Assembly (NCBI GenBank): GCA_043228905.1
Contig: JBHGNT010000014.1
Coordinates: 3,162,001-3,226,000, forward strand
Source: Azolla caroliniana
Lineage: Eukaryota > Plantae > Polypodiophyta
DNA length: 64,000 bases
Direction: 5' to 3'
The notes below the pieces were generated by a model. That model worked only from the letters and a program-made list of their open reading frames with translations, was not told where the DNA came from and searched no databases. Shown one piece after another: positions 12,401 to 22,292 of the stretch. The translations under genes were made by a program, and so were the position numbers. Every line of letters starts with the position of its first letter. Position 1 is the first letter of the stretch.

Positions 12401-14123
12401 TAAATTGGGTGTTATTTTCAAGCTGACCGTCGCCCTTCTTCTTTGCCGTATACAACACAACTTTTTTCTTGGAGTCGATGTACTGCATACACCATTCCTT
12501 GTCCGTTAGATCACGGTCAGGAAGGTCCTCACCACCAGTAGCAGCTAACATTTTCTTTTGGCTAACATCATCGGATGGTTGAGATTTTGTCTCCTCATTG
12601 AAGAGAAGCTTTTTTCCTCTCTTCATGTTCTGAGGAACTATTTGTTTCTGGGTCTCAATTGGAGAGCCCTGAATTCAGAGCTTTATTTTCTTCACAGGTC
12701 GGTTCGACAAGTTCTCAAACGACCTATTTAAGAAAGGACGTGCGAAAATATAAGTTAGTTGGTTGTCTAGATTAAGGTTGCATATTAAAATATACATAAG
12801 TAGACCAAGACAAAAACTAGCAAGCGATTTGTGCTAAACTCTAAATATCAATCATACTTTCTGTGAACATGATAGACCTTTATTGTGAATTTAAATCTAG
12901 TAAGGGCTATTCAACTTCGAATATTATATATCTTAATAATTATACAAGGATATGTATCATATTGGAGGGTAGGTATGGCTTATATTGATTCCATATCCCA
13001 TATTGTTGAGAATTTTAATACGATAGACTTGAATTTGGTATCATAAAGGTAATTCGTGGGTTATTTTCTATTATTTTAAGCTATTATAGGTCATAAAACC
13101 TTTTTCAATAAGGGCGCAAAATGTTACAAAATGTAGCAAATGTCACTTAAAAAGTATGAATTGGACATAAAATTGGTATCTTTTCACACATATACCAAAT
13201 TGTTCCCCCAAAGACACAATATTCCTGTTTAAAGTCTATGTTTTATATAGTAACTCGATATGGCGTATCGAGTTCCTGTATGTAATACAAAATTTAAACA
13301 GGAACTCGATACGACGTATCGAGTTCCTGTATGTAATACAAACTTTAAACAGGAATCGGTACGACGTATCGAGTTCCTGTATGTAATACAAAATTTAAAC
13401 AGGAACTCGATACGACGTATCGAGTTCCTGTATGTAATACAAACTTTAAACAGGAATCGGTACGACGTATCGAGTTCCTGTATGTAACACAAACTTTACA
13501 CAGGAACTTGGTACGACGTATCGAGTTCCTATATGTAACACAAACTTTAAATAGGAACTCGGTACGGCGTATCGAGTTCCTATATGTAACACAAACTTTA
13601 AACAGGAACTCGGTACGACATATTGAGTTCATGTATATAACACAAACTTTAAACAGGAACTCGGTATGACGTATCGAGTTCTTGTATATAACACAAACTT
13701 TAAACATGAACTCGGTACGGCGTATCGAGTTCCTATATAAAACACAAACTTTAAAGAGGAACTCGGTACGGCGTATCCAGTTCTTGTATATAACACAAAC
13801 TTTAAATAGGAACTCGATACGACGTATCGAGTTCTTGTATAAAACACAAACTTTAAACAGGAACTCGATACGCCGTATCAAGTTCCTGTATAAAACACAA
13901 ATTTTAAACATGAACTCGATACGTCGTATTGAGTTCTTGTATAAAACAAAAACTATATACAGGAACTCGATACAACGTATCGAGTTCTTGTATAAAACAC
14001 CCACTTTATACAAGAACTCGATACGGCGTATCGAGTTCTTGAGTGCTAAAACATATTTACAAAAATGTCCCTACTGCCAGGCGTTTACCTGGATTCTTTG
14101 CGCTCGATCGTCTTCGAAGACAT
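9494..14123 (-). pseudogene. Spliced gene encoding a ParB/Srx-like domain fused to a beta-class N6A/N4C DNA methyltransferase (disabled copy)
   Basis: Six exons (14123-14089, 12723-11087, 11006-10868, 10785-10319, 10230-9938, 9846-9494) with phase-compatible GT-AG introns. ParB-like: HVQNLKKKM..VPFIV..YFVIGGSHSVEARRQL..GLTNEEAKLLA*DHN. MTase: NLICSDIVDMIQKVPKKECTLMIVDIPY (motif IV, 10513-10524), LAWIK, NPYQKPQRLMMRLIEMFSVEGDWILDLFSGT-TTSACALKL..VALEKD (motifs X, I, II). At least 4 in-frame stops and 2 frameshifts. Confidence 0.85.
13250..14040. repeat. 16 x 51-bp tandem array, each unit with a 33-bp palindrome, inside intron 1 of the ParB-MTase gene
   Basis: Unit = ACAGGAACTCGATACG-A-CGTATCGAGTTCCTGT (perfect 16-bp arms in the best copies) plus an ~18-bp AT-rich linker; 16 cores counted. 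Confidence 0.95.
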
Positions 14124-14257
14124 GATTCTTGTTGTCAATGCTTACGGGGAGATGACGATTTGGTGTTGCGTGCTATGGGCTCCTTGTGCTCTGTCTACTC
14201 TGTGTGCTCGTGTGCTTTGTTCTATGCGTGAGTGATTGCGAAATGAGGAGGTCTTCC

Positions 14258-14265
14258 TATTTATA
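14258..14265 (-). promoter_or_regulatory. TATA box (TATAAATA) of the ParB-MTase gene
   Basis: CCTATAAATAGG on the minus strand, ~135 bp upstream of the predicted ATG at 14123. Confidence 0.6.
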
Positions 14266-15092
14266 GGGATTGACCACTGTGGTTAAAGTAACTTAACCAG
14301 GGTTGGTAAGCTTAAGGTTAGTTAGTTAGACCTAAGAAAGAGTTTCTTTGACCTTAGGACACTATTTTCTTAGACCTTACTACACTTTATTTAGTACATA
14401 ATCTTGATTGTACCAATGACTCTCTAATGGATTTGAATTAAATGATGCTTATGAATGAATCAATGGTTAAATACTCAAACTAACATATTAAGGATTATTT
14501 TATACTGAAACAAACATACAATGCCTTTGAAGGTCATAAATAAAACAATGATAGAGGTTCATGAATGAACTAATGATTGAATTCTCAAAGCAACATTTTT
14601 ATGACTCTCTAATGTTTTGTATTAAAGAGGTGGCCATGAATGAACCAATGATTGAAAAGGCTTATATTTAAAATGGTGGGCATGAATGAACCAATGATTG
14701 AGAAGTTCTATATTAAATATGGGTGCCATTAATTAACTAATGATTTGAACTTTAAACCAACTTATATATAACTTGGTAATGATTGTAATTATATTATACT
14801 TGCTGGCTAAAGTAAATTTAATTTAAATTATATATTATAGGATTAATAAGGTATAAAATATAATTGATTCGACTTTATACTAACTAGTTTAAGTAATTAT
14901 TAATATGTTGAATAAATTTATTATATTAAAAATAATATCTTTATTTATTGTATTAATATACTATTAAATAATATAGACATTATATTGAGGGAACTTCTGT
15001 TTAGAGAGGAGTTTATGTTTAGAGAGAAGCTTATCAGTTTTTTATATTAGCCCAAGCACATAACTTGAAGAGCTCTGTGTGGACCTTAAGCA

Positions 15093-17853
15093 ATGAGTGA
15101 AGACTCACCGTTCTCGATTGAAGTATATTGTTTGTCATCAGACTCTTCATTTTCTACCGAAGAGTATTGTCTGTCGACAGCCTCACCATTTTCTATCGAA
15201 GAATATTGTTTGTCAACAGACTCACCCATTTCTATCGAAGAGTATTTTCTGAGCTCATCTTCACCTACAACACATGTGAATAATGACACATGTGAAGAGT
15301 TCTCTATTGAAGAATACGATATTAATAAAGATATGGAGAATGAAGGTAGTGCCAATGAAACATCGAATATCATGGGCGATGGTCACAACAAAGAATTGGA
15401 TTGTAACAAGTTTACCCCAACTTCTATGCAGGAAGAGAAATCTGGAAGCCCTATGCATATTAGAAGAATCCCACGTAGAATTCGTCTGGCCAGATTTAAA
15501 TTGGTGACATCAGATAAGCAGATTGGATTTGATGTCAAAAAAATATGTTGTGCCCTTGTTGTATGTCTATGATTGGAAAATCAAAGTTGCGAGAATTAAG
15601 GTGGTATTATTTTTCGATGACTGGTGATGAGCAAGACACTTACCTCGGGTCACACATGTACAGGGATCAAAGTATCATTCGAGTATTATATCTTCTATGC
15701 GCAACAGATATGTAGAGTTACCTTCAAAATTGCGTTATGTGTTAGTAACATGTAGATACATAGAGTACACCAACGTCTACTTAGTGGGGATCAGATGCTC
15801 AATTGTAAAGAGGTTCCAAGTATGAAAGGTGCAATTGGAAGACATGCTATTGGTTGGACGAAAAGTTACTTTCAGTTAAATTGTGAACTAATGCCCACTA
15901 CAGGTAGGATGCACCTTTTTGCTAATTATACACGTCGGGAAGTTTATGATGTCTATCGATCTGATATGGTGGGCTCACGTAATAAGTCTATCACCTATAG
16001 CCAATTCACAAGATTATGGAGAGCTCGGTTTTCAAATGTTATTATTCCACGTAAAGTACGTATGGGGTATTGCTCCATTTGTGCAAATCTTAAAAGTTTG
16101 GCTAAAGGTGCAACGACATCAATGGAAAAGGATATGAGTAAGAAGTTACTACAAGAGCATCGTGAGGCACAATCGTTAGAACGAAAGAAGGCGATGCATC
16201 ATAGAGAGAAGTGTTTGAAGAGGCCCAAACAATACATGTGCTTAATGATAGATGGCATGGACCAGAAGAAGACGTGCTTGCCACATATGCAGAGGCTCCC
16301 CAAATACATCAATGATGAGTGCCTTGTTCAAATGCACTTGGTGGGATGCTTGGCTTATAATATGTATGTTGGACCTCACGTCTTCATTACATACCCCAAT
16401 GTTCACAATAACCCTAACTTAATAGTTATAGTGATTCACCGAGTTTTGATGTGTTGGGGCCAATTGTTCCCCCCTGTTCTATACATTCAATTGGACAATA
16501 CTGCTAGAGAGAACAAAAATTCAACTGTGCTTGGCTATCTAAGTATGTTGGTAAAACAAGGATTGTTTAGAAAAGTGAAAGTCAATTTTCTTTTGGTTGG
16601 GCACACACGATCATATCGATCAAATGTTTAGCATATTCTCCAGACAGTTGTCTTGGTATGATGCTTTCACATTACCAAAACTATTTGATGTCATTTGTGA
16701 TGCATATACACCATGCCCAAAAGTGTTACACTTGAAGGAGGTATATGACTTTAAGAGATATATATCAGATGGGGGTGTTGGGAATGTTAAATTGCTCGCC
16801 CAGTTAAACAATATAAGCTTCAATCACATTTTTATGATAAAGAAAAATGAAATAAGTGGTTCTATGCTTTTGTATGCTAAACAATATTCATCTTCTACAA
16901 CATGGGAACCTGAAGGTGGTTGCCAGTTATTACTTTGTATTCCGAGTACAATTGTCCATGGAGCTAAACAAATGCCAATTGAGAAGAAAGGATAATTGCA
17001 TAGTGACTTTGTATCGGAACAAAAACAATTATGGCTCCAAGCCTTAAAAGAAAAAAGAAAGCATATTGAGGCCACCAAGAAATATGCCACACAACAAGAG
17101 ACGTCATGGTGGGATGTTCTTTTTAGTGAGAAAAAAGGAACTATAGACAATTGTGTATTTGGTGATAATTGGAATTTGGAAATGCCATTCACATGGTCAC
17201 TACAACATGACCGTGTAAATAAAACTCCGGAGCAACCAACAAATGCGATTAATGACAGTTTGGTCCATCCAGAACAAAGAGACATTTATGTGCGACCAAG
17301 GATGACCAAGGATGACCAAGGATGGCAAGGCAATTTACAAGAACTCGCGGTGGGGATGTTGATTGTAACGCCGACTGATGAGAACTCACATGGACACCAA
17401 TTTTGGGTTGGTAAAATTCTAGAAGTGCTAATGCATGAAATAGAAAACATGATCAAGTCTATAAACATTCATTGGTACAACACTAGAAGTGCAAATGCTT
17501 TTACGGGTAAGTATACATTAGAGATGATTGAATGCCCAACAACAAGGGGAGGTAGGAAGAGGAAGCGAAACATTCGTAACACCTCAACCCTTGATATCTC
17601 TAATGTGGATATCATCGTGTACGACCTCACGCTTACAAAAGCTGGACGATTAAGGAAGTTAATAATAGATATAATAAAAGAAAAATTACGAAGTCTACAA
17701 GGTGGCTCTAGTCGAAGGCAAACGAGATCTGCTACATATAATCTAGAGTCAAACCATTTGGTTTATGACGAAGATAATGCACTGATTGGTACATCTGAGG
17801 ATGACGAGGAGGAATCATCATTGTATATTAGTTATAGTAGTGATTCTCCGTAA
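15093..17853 (+). pseudogene. DDD transposase, Sola1-like, disabled
   Basis: Candidate triad motifs MIDGMDQKK (D 16251), IQLDNTARENKN (D 16494) and FLLVGHT(H)DHIDQMFS (D 16618; 2-bp loss in a CA run). Upstream CSICANL..H motif, ICRVTF Cys motif and N-terminal 13-aa repeats. Stops and frameshifts at 15570-15790, ~16605 and 16993. Confidence 0.75.
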
Positions 17854-18192
17854 AGGAGTGATCATGAATGTATTTTTGGCTATTAAGTGTAACTACATTC
17901 CGCTTGTAACAAATCAAGTAATATAAAAGCATGTGTTTTGAATTATTATGATTTAAAAAAAATTGTTTCTTATAAAATAACATTGGTTGTAAAGTTTGTG
18001 ATATAAATTGAGGATGTAAATTTTTGAAATTCCTCTTTTATTTATTTATTTCTAAATCACGAAAATCAGGGATTTTTAACCTTTTTCATAGTATGTTTGA
18101 ACATGTATGATACTAGTATCAATGTGTTTTGTAAAATCATTGAAAAAATACTAAAATCAATCAAAATATTCCTTATCCTTCCATTTATGCGT

Positions 18193-21100
18193 TGTCGTGC
18201 CTTTCGGCTCCGGATCGTTGCGTGAGTCGGGTGGGAACCGCCGAGGTTTTGGACTAGGAGGAAAGAAAAATACAAATAAGGCTAGTAAAGAATAGGTATA
18301 AAGAGTTATAAGATAAGAATTTCGTGAATCCCACGAGTTTAGTATATTTAGTCAATATTTAGGTAGTAAGAGAGAATTATTTTAGCAAATTCGTGAATCC
18401 CACGAATATTTTAGATTGATTGATCATTATAGAAAAATAATCAACAAAAACTACAATGTGCTCCCCATCCTTATATAGTGATGGGAGAGACTAAGCATAG
18501 CTACATGCTTTTTTCTAATATGTTCATGCACACTAAATGTGCATGTGATGCTTTTCTAATCCTTGCTTTTATTTGCTAAATATAGTGCTCATGCACGCTA
18601 GATGTGCATGAGTCACTTTTTAGTTGCTTGCGTTTTTCTATAAAATATTCACGCACTCTAAAAATGCACGATTTACCTTTTAATAAAGGTAGGTGCAAAT
18701 AAAGGACTTATAGTTATTAAATCTATTTGTAGAACACTAAAGATAAGGTAGCATAATGGTAAAGTTGATATTCAGCTACGTGGAGGTACAAGGTTCAAAT
18801 CTTGCCCTATGCACGTGATAAATATCTTGATATTCTTATTTTATTTATTGGTGATAAATATCTTGATATTCTTATTTTATTTATTTATATGTAATTAAAT
18901 CGGTTATATTATTTTTACTTTTTCACGTAGTGTACGAAATACACTACGACACTCGCCCCCTCCGAACCCGCACATCCTCCGGTATGTGCCGAAGTTGCCG
19001 ATGCTCGTTGTCTCCCCTTCATCCTCCGTTTGTCCCGCTATGTCAACTATGTCTCTCCAATTTGAGTAGACCCATTCTTTCCACCCGAACCATTGTCGCC
19101 ATCCGATCCACCATATTCTTTGTTCTCTCTCGTCATATTCTTGGCCCTTGTCATTCGTGGTAGTGTCTTTTACTGGCCTCTTTCTTGTCTTCATCAACCT
19201 TGACTTTTTTCCGGATCGCTCTCGTCCGATCGACTTTCGGTTTGATCGGCTTCCGATCGGATTCGTATTCGGCCGAATCGGAATCGGTTGTTCGGTTTCA
19301 ATTGAGTTGGTCTCCTTCCGGCTCGGTTTCGATCTATCGGTTTTGGTTTCAGTTGGCTTTCTTTTCCTCGTTTTCACCAGCCTTGACCGGTCCAACCTCC
19401 GGTTGAGTCGGATTAGCTTCTTTCCGGATCGATCTCGTCCGATTGGCTTTCGGCTAGGTCGGCTTCCATCCATATTCGCGTTCGGCCAAGCCAGACTCGG
19501 TCGATCGGTTTTGACCGAGTCGACCCCTTTTCGGGTCGGCTTTCTTTCGGGTCGTCTTTCGGCTGAATCCTCATTTGCCCGGTTCGGCTTTCGTTTGTGT
19601 CGTCTTTCGGCTGAATTTTCTTCCTTTCGGTTCGGCTTTCTTTTGGTTCGGAATCCCGTCCGGATCACCTTCCATCCGAACCGGCTTCCGACTTTACCTT
19701 TCTTGCTGCCACCTCCCGTCTCTCCGGTCTCACGTTGGTTCTCGAACACAACCGCCGAAGTCTCTAGAATTAGTGGGTAGGAATCCTCGGTATTATCATC
19801 CTCCGTTGTTTCACCCATAGCCATATTCTCGGCTATCTCTCCGTCATACGCATCAGCTTCAACCTTTGATTTCTCTCCGCCACCTTCCGTCTCTTCGGTC
19901 TCACGTTGCCTTTCGAACGCAACCGCCGGAGTCTCTAGAATCAGTGGTGGGGAAGTCTCGATATGGCCATCCGTCGTTGATTCGTCCATAGCCACCTTCG
20001 ATTCGATGGCATCTTTCATGGCGACCTCCTCAATCAAGTCCTCTTTGCTCTCTTTCACTGCATCAATTATGCTTACCCCTTTTTCACCCGATGTTTCGGA
20101 CACTTGTATTCTGAAATCTTCTTCTACACTTGGGTTATCGGCCTTATCCTTCGTCGTTGTTCTTTCGCAAGACAAGAGGGTAGCTTGTTTTACACCCTCT
20201 TCCGTTGCACCATCATGTTGTATTTCGGCCTTCATATCGGCTCCATCGTTTGTCTTCAATCGACCATCCTTCATCGGCCATGTCGTTGACAAGATTCTCA
20301 TCTTCCTCTCATCATGTCTCCGGCATACCCTTTGGACTTCGGCCCAATCTTCGGTAAGACCATTCGCACCGTCATCGTCTTCGAGTTCGATCCCGATGTC
20401 CATCCTTTCTTTTCGATCGATCGATTTTACGAACATTAGGACTTTATCCTCCCCCACCAACCGTTGTTCTCGCTCCGAGAGTCGAGCAAAACGATGCTCG
20501 AACTCTAGGAATGCTTGTGTTGCACTTCGGTGGGTCTTCTCCGATGCCACCCATTCGTCGAATTTTCGCCGATCTTGTCCCTTTGATCTCTTGTAATCAT
20601 ATGCCTCTCGTAAAGCTTCTTCGAATGACCCCCATGTCGAGTTTTGTTGCCGTATCTTGTGGATTCTCTCTTGTAGCTCATCCGTGGCCACCCGATTGAA
20701 GGATGTCACTTGCAATCCTTCTGGTATCCCACATCGTATCATCTCCGCCTTGTAGTCACGTAGATAGCGTGACACATCGTTTCCGTTGAATTGTCCGTTT
20801 CGTTGTACGAGCCGCTTTACTGCCCCCGTGATCTCCGACATCACTCGTTGTTCTTGTAGCATCCGCTCGAACATCATCATCATCGTTATGCTCATTGCCT
20901 CTTGTTGATTCTCCATCTCCTTGCCACCCGCCTTCGCTTCGGGTTCACCAACTTCTCCACGGTCTTGTATTTCGTACTTACCATTGCTTCTTCTTTGCGG
21001 AGCGCATCCGGCCCCATTTTCGCAACGATCTCGTACATCTCGACCGATTCCACCGGGACTACCCGGTTCCCTTGGCTTTTATCTTCCGCAAGCTCTTCAA

Positions 21101-22292
21101 GCCGTTGTAGTGTATTCCCATAGAACACTTCCTCGATCACTCCCACGATTTCTTCGTCTTCTTTTATTATTGATGCCGACCGTAACTTATCCTCCACTTG
21201 TCGGTATTGTTTCTTCATTCCTCCGGTTACGGTCGTGTACGTAGATGCCCCATCCGGGCCGATTCGTACTTGTTTTGCTCCGAGAGTTTTCTTCCTGTGT
21301 GGGGTATCACGGCTTCACGGATGGAGACGAAGGTGCTCGATAGTGGTGCGGCTTTTGCGCGAATTCGGAGCCAAAACGGAGGGAAATCCGTCCAATTCCT
21401 AACGGTGCCGGCAAATCACGAAAGGAACAAGAGGGAACTCTTGTCCCAAGTGAGAATGGATTTTTAAAGCGGACTGTTGCGGAGTGGGGAAGTGATAGTC
21501 CGCCTTTCGGCTCCGGATCGTTGCGTGAGTCGGGTGGGAACCGCCGAGGTTTTGGACTAGGAAGAGGAGAGTTTTAAGGCTAATAAGAATATAAATATGT
21601 TGTAAGAAAGAGTTATAGCAAACTCGTGAATCCCACGAGTGTATTGTATTAGATTAATCAATATGAATATAAGAATATAAACTTCGGTTGAAAGAGAATG
21701 ATATAGAATTCTCGTGAATCCCACGAGTATAGTTTATTAATTGGTGTTTTTTAGAAACATATCCAGTTTCCAAATATTTTTCACACACCTATTACATTGT
21801 GCTCCCCATCCTTATATAGTGATGGGAGAGACTAAGCATAGCTACATGCTTTTTTCTAATATGTTCATGCACACTAAATGTGCATGTGATGCTTTTCTAA
21901 TCCTTGCTTTTATTTGCTAAATATAGTGCTCATGCACGCTAGATGTGCATGAGTCACTTTTTAGTTGCTTGCGTTTTTCTATAAAATATTCACGCACTCT
22001 AAAAATGCACGATTTACCTTTTAATAAAGGTAGGTGCAAATAAAGGACTTATAGTTATTAAATCTATTTGTAGAACACTAAAGATAAGGTAGCATAATGG
22101 TAAAGTTGATATTTGGCTACGTGGAGGTACAAGGTTCAAATCTTGCCCAATGCACGTGATAAATATCTTGATATTCTTATTTTATTTATTGGTGATAAAT
22201 ATCTTGATATTCTTATTTTATTTATTTATATGTAATTAAATCGGTTATATTATTTTTACTTTTTCACGTAGTGTACGAAATACACTACGACA
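18193..22292 (-). mobile_element. Non-autonomous Gypsy-derived LTR element (gag-only, TR-GAG-like)
   Basis: LTRs 18193-18951 and ~21502-22292; PPT GGAGGGGGCGAG at 18952-18963; perfect 4-bp TSD GCGT; no RT or integrase. Confidence 0.9.
18904..20916 (-). CDS. 670-aa Gag N-terminus fused to acidic then basic low-complexity regions
   Basis: Uninterrupted ORF. The first ~200 aa match the gag at 43563-44459 and 58104-59549 (GQFNGNDVSRYLRDYKAEM). A decayed paralog lies at 46500-49545. Confidence 0.65.
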   Translation of the reverse strand: MENQQEAMSITMMMMFERMLQEQRVMSEITGAVKRLVQRNGQFNGNDVSRYLRDYKAEMIRCGIPEGLQVTSFNRVATDELQERIHKIRQQNSTWGSFEEALREAYDYKRSKGQDRRKFDEWVASEKTHRSATQAFLEFEHRFARLSEREQRLVGEDKVLMFVKSIDRKERMDIGIELEDDDGANGLTEDWAEVQRVCRRHDERKMRILSTTWPMKDGRLKTNDGADMKAEIQHDGATEEGVKQATLLSCERTTTKDKADNPSVEEDFRIQVSETSGEKGVSIIDAVKESKEDLIEEVAMKDAIESKVAMDESTTDGHIETSPPLILETPAVAFERQRETEETEGGGEKSKVEADAYDGEIAENMAMGETTEDDNTEDSYPLILETSAVVFENQRETGETGGGSKKGKVGSRFGWKVIRTGFRTKRKPNRKEENSAERRHKRKPNRANEDSAERRPERKPTRKGVDSVKTDRPSLAWPNANMDGSRPSRKPIGRDRSGKKLIRLNRRLDRSRLVKTRKRKPTETKTDRSKPSRKETNSIETEQPIPIRPNTNPIGSRSNRKSIGRERSGKKSRLMKTRKRPVKDTTTNDKGQEYDEREQRIWWIGWRQWFGWKEWVYSNWRDIVDIAGQTEDEGETTSIGNFGTYRRMCGFGGGECRSVFRTLREKVKII

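Larger units (their letters stand above)
9494..17853. mobile_element. Putative DNA transposon carrying divergent transposase and ParB-MTase genes (minimal extent; ends not found)
   Basis: Head-to-head genes ~1 kb apart with a similar level of decay and no intervening LTR/TSD boundary. TIRs not identified. Confidence 0.55.

Noticed and set aside
9494-12723. Bacterial contamination or prophage as the source of the MTase
   Set aside because: The gene has phase-consistent GT-AG introns and a TATA box and is contiguous with plant genes and LTR elements.
13250-14040. CRISPR array interpretation of the palindromic repeats
   Set aside because: The linkers are near-identical 18-mers rather than unique spacers, no cas genes are present, and the context is a eukaryotic intron.
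13229-14125. ORFs of up to 222 aa over the 51-bp array
   Set aside because: They arise on both strands because the unit is a multiple of 3 and palindromic; the array lies in a predicted intron.
18745-18812. Functional tRNA gene
   Set aside because: A/B boxes are present but acceptor and anticodon stems do not form; kept only as a tRNA-like motif.
19148-20596. Long plus-strand ORFs opposite the 670-aa ORF (also 47878-48525, 60127-60942)
   Set aside because: Antisense shadows of TE coding sequence with no recognisable motifs.
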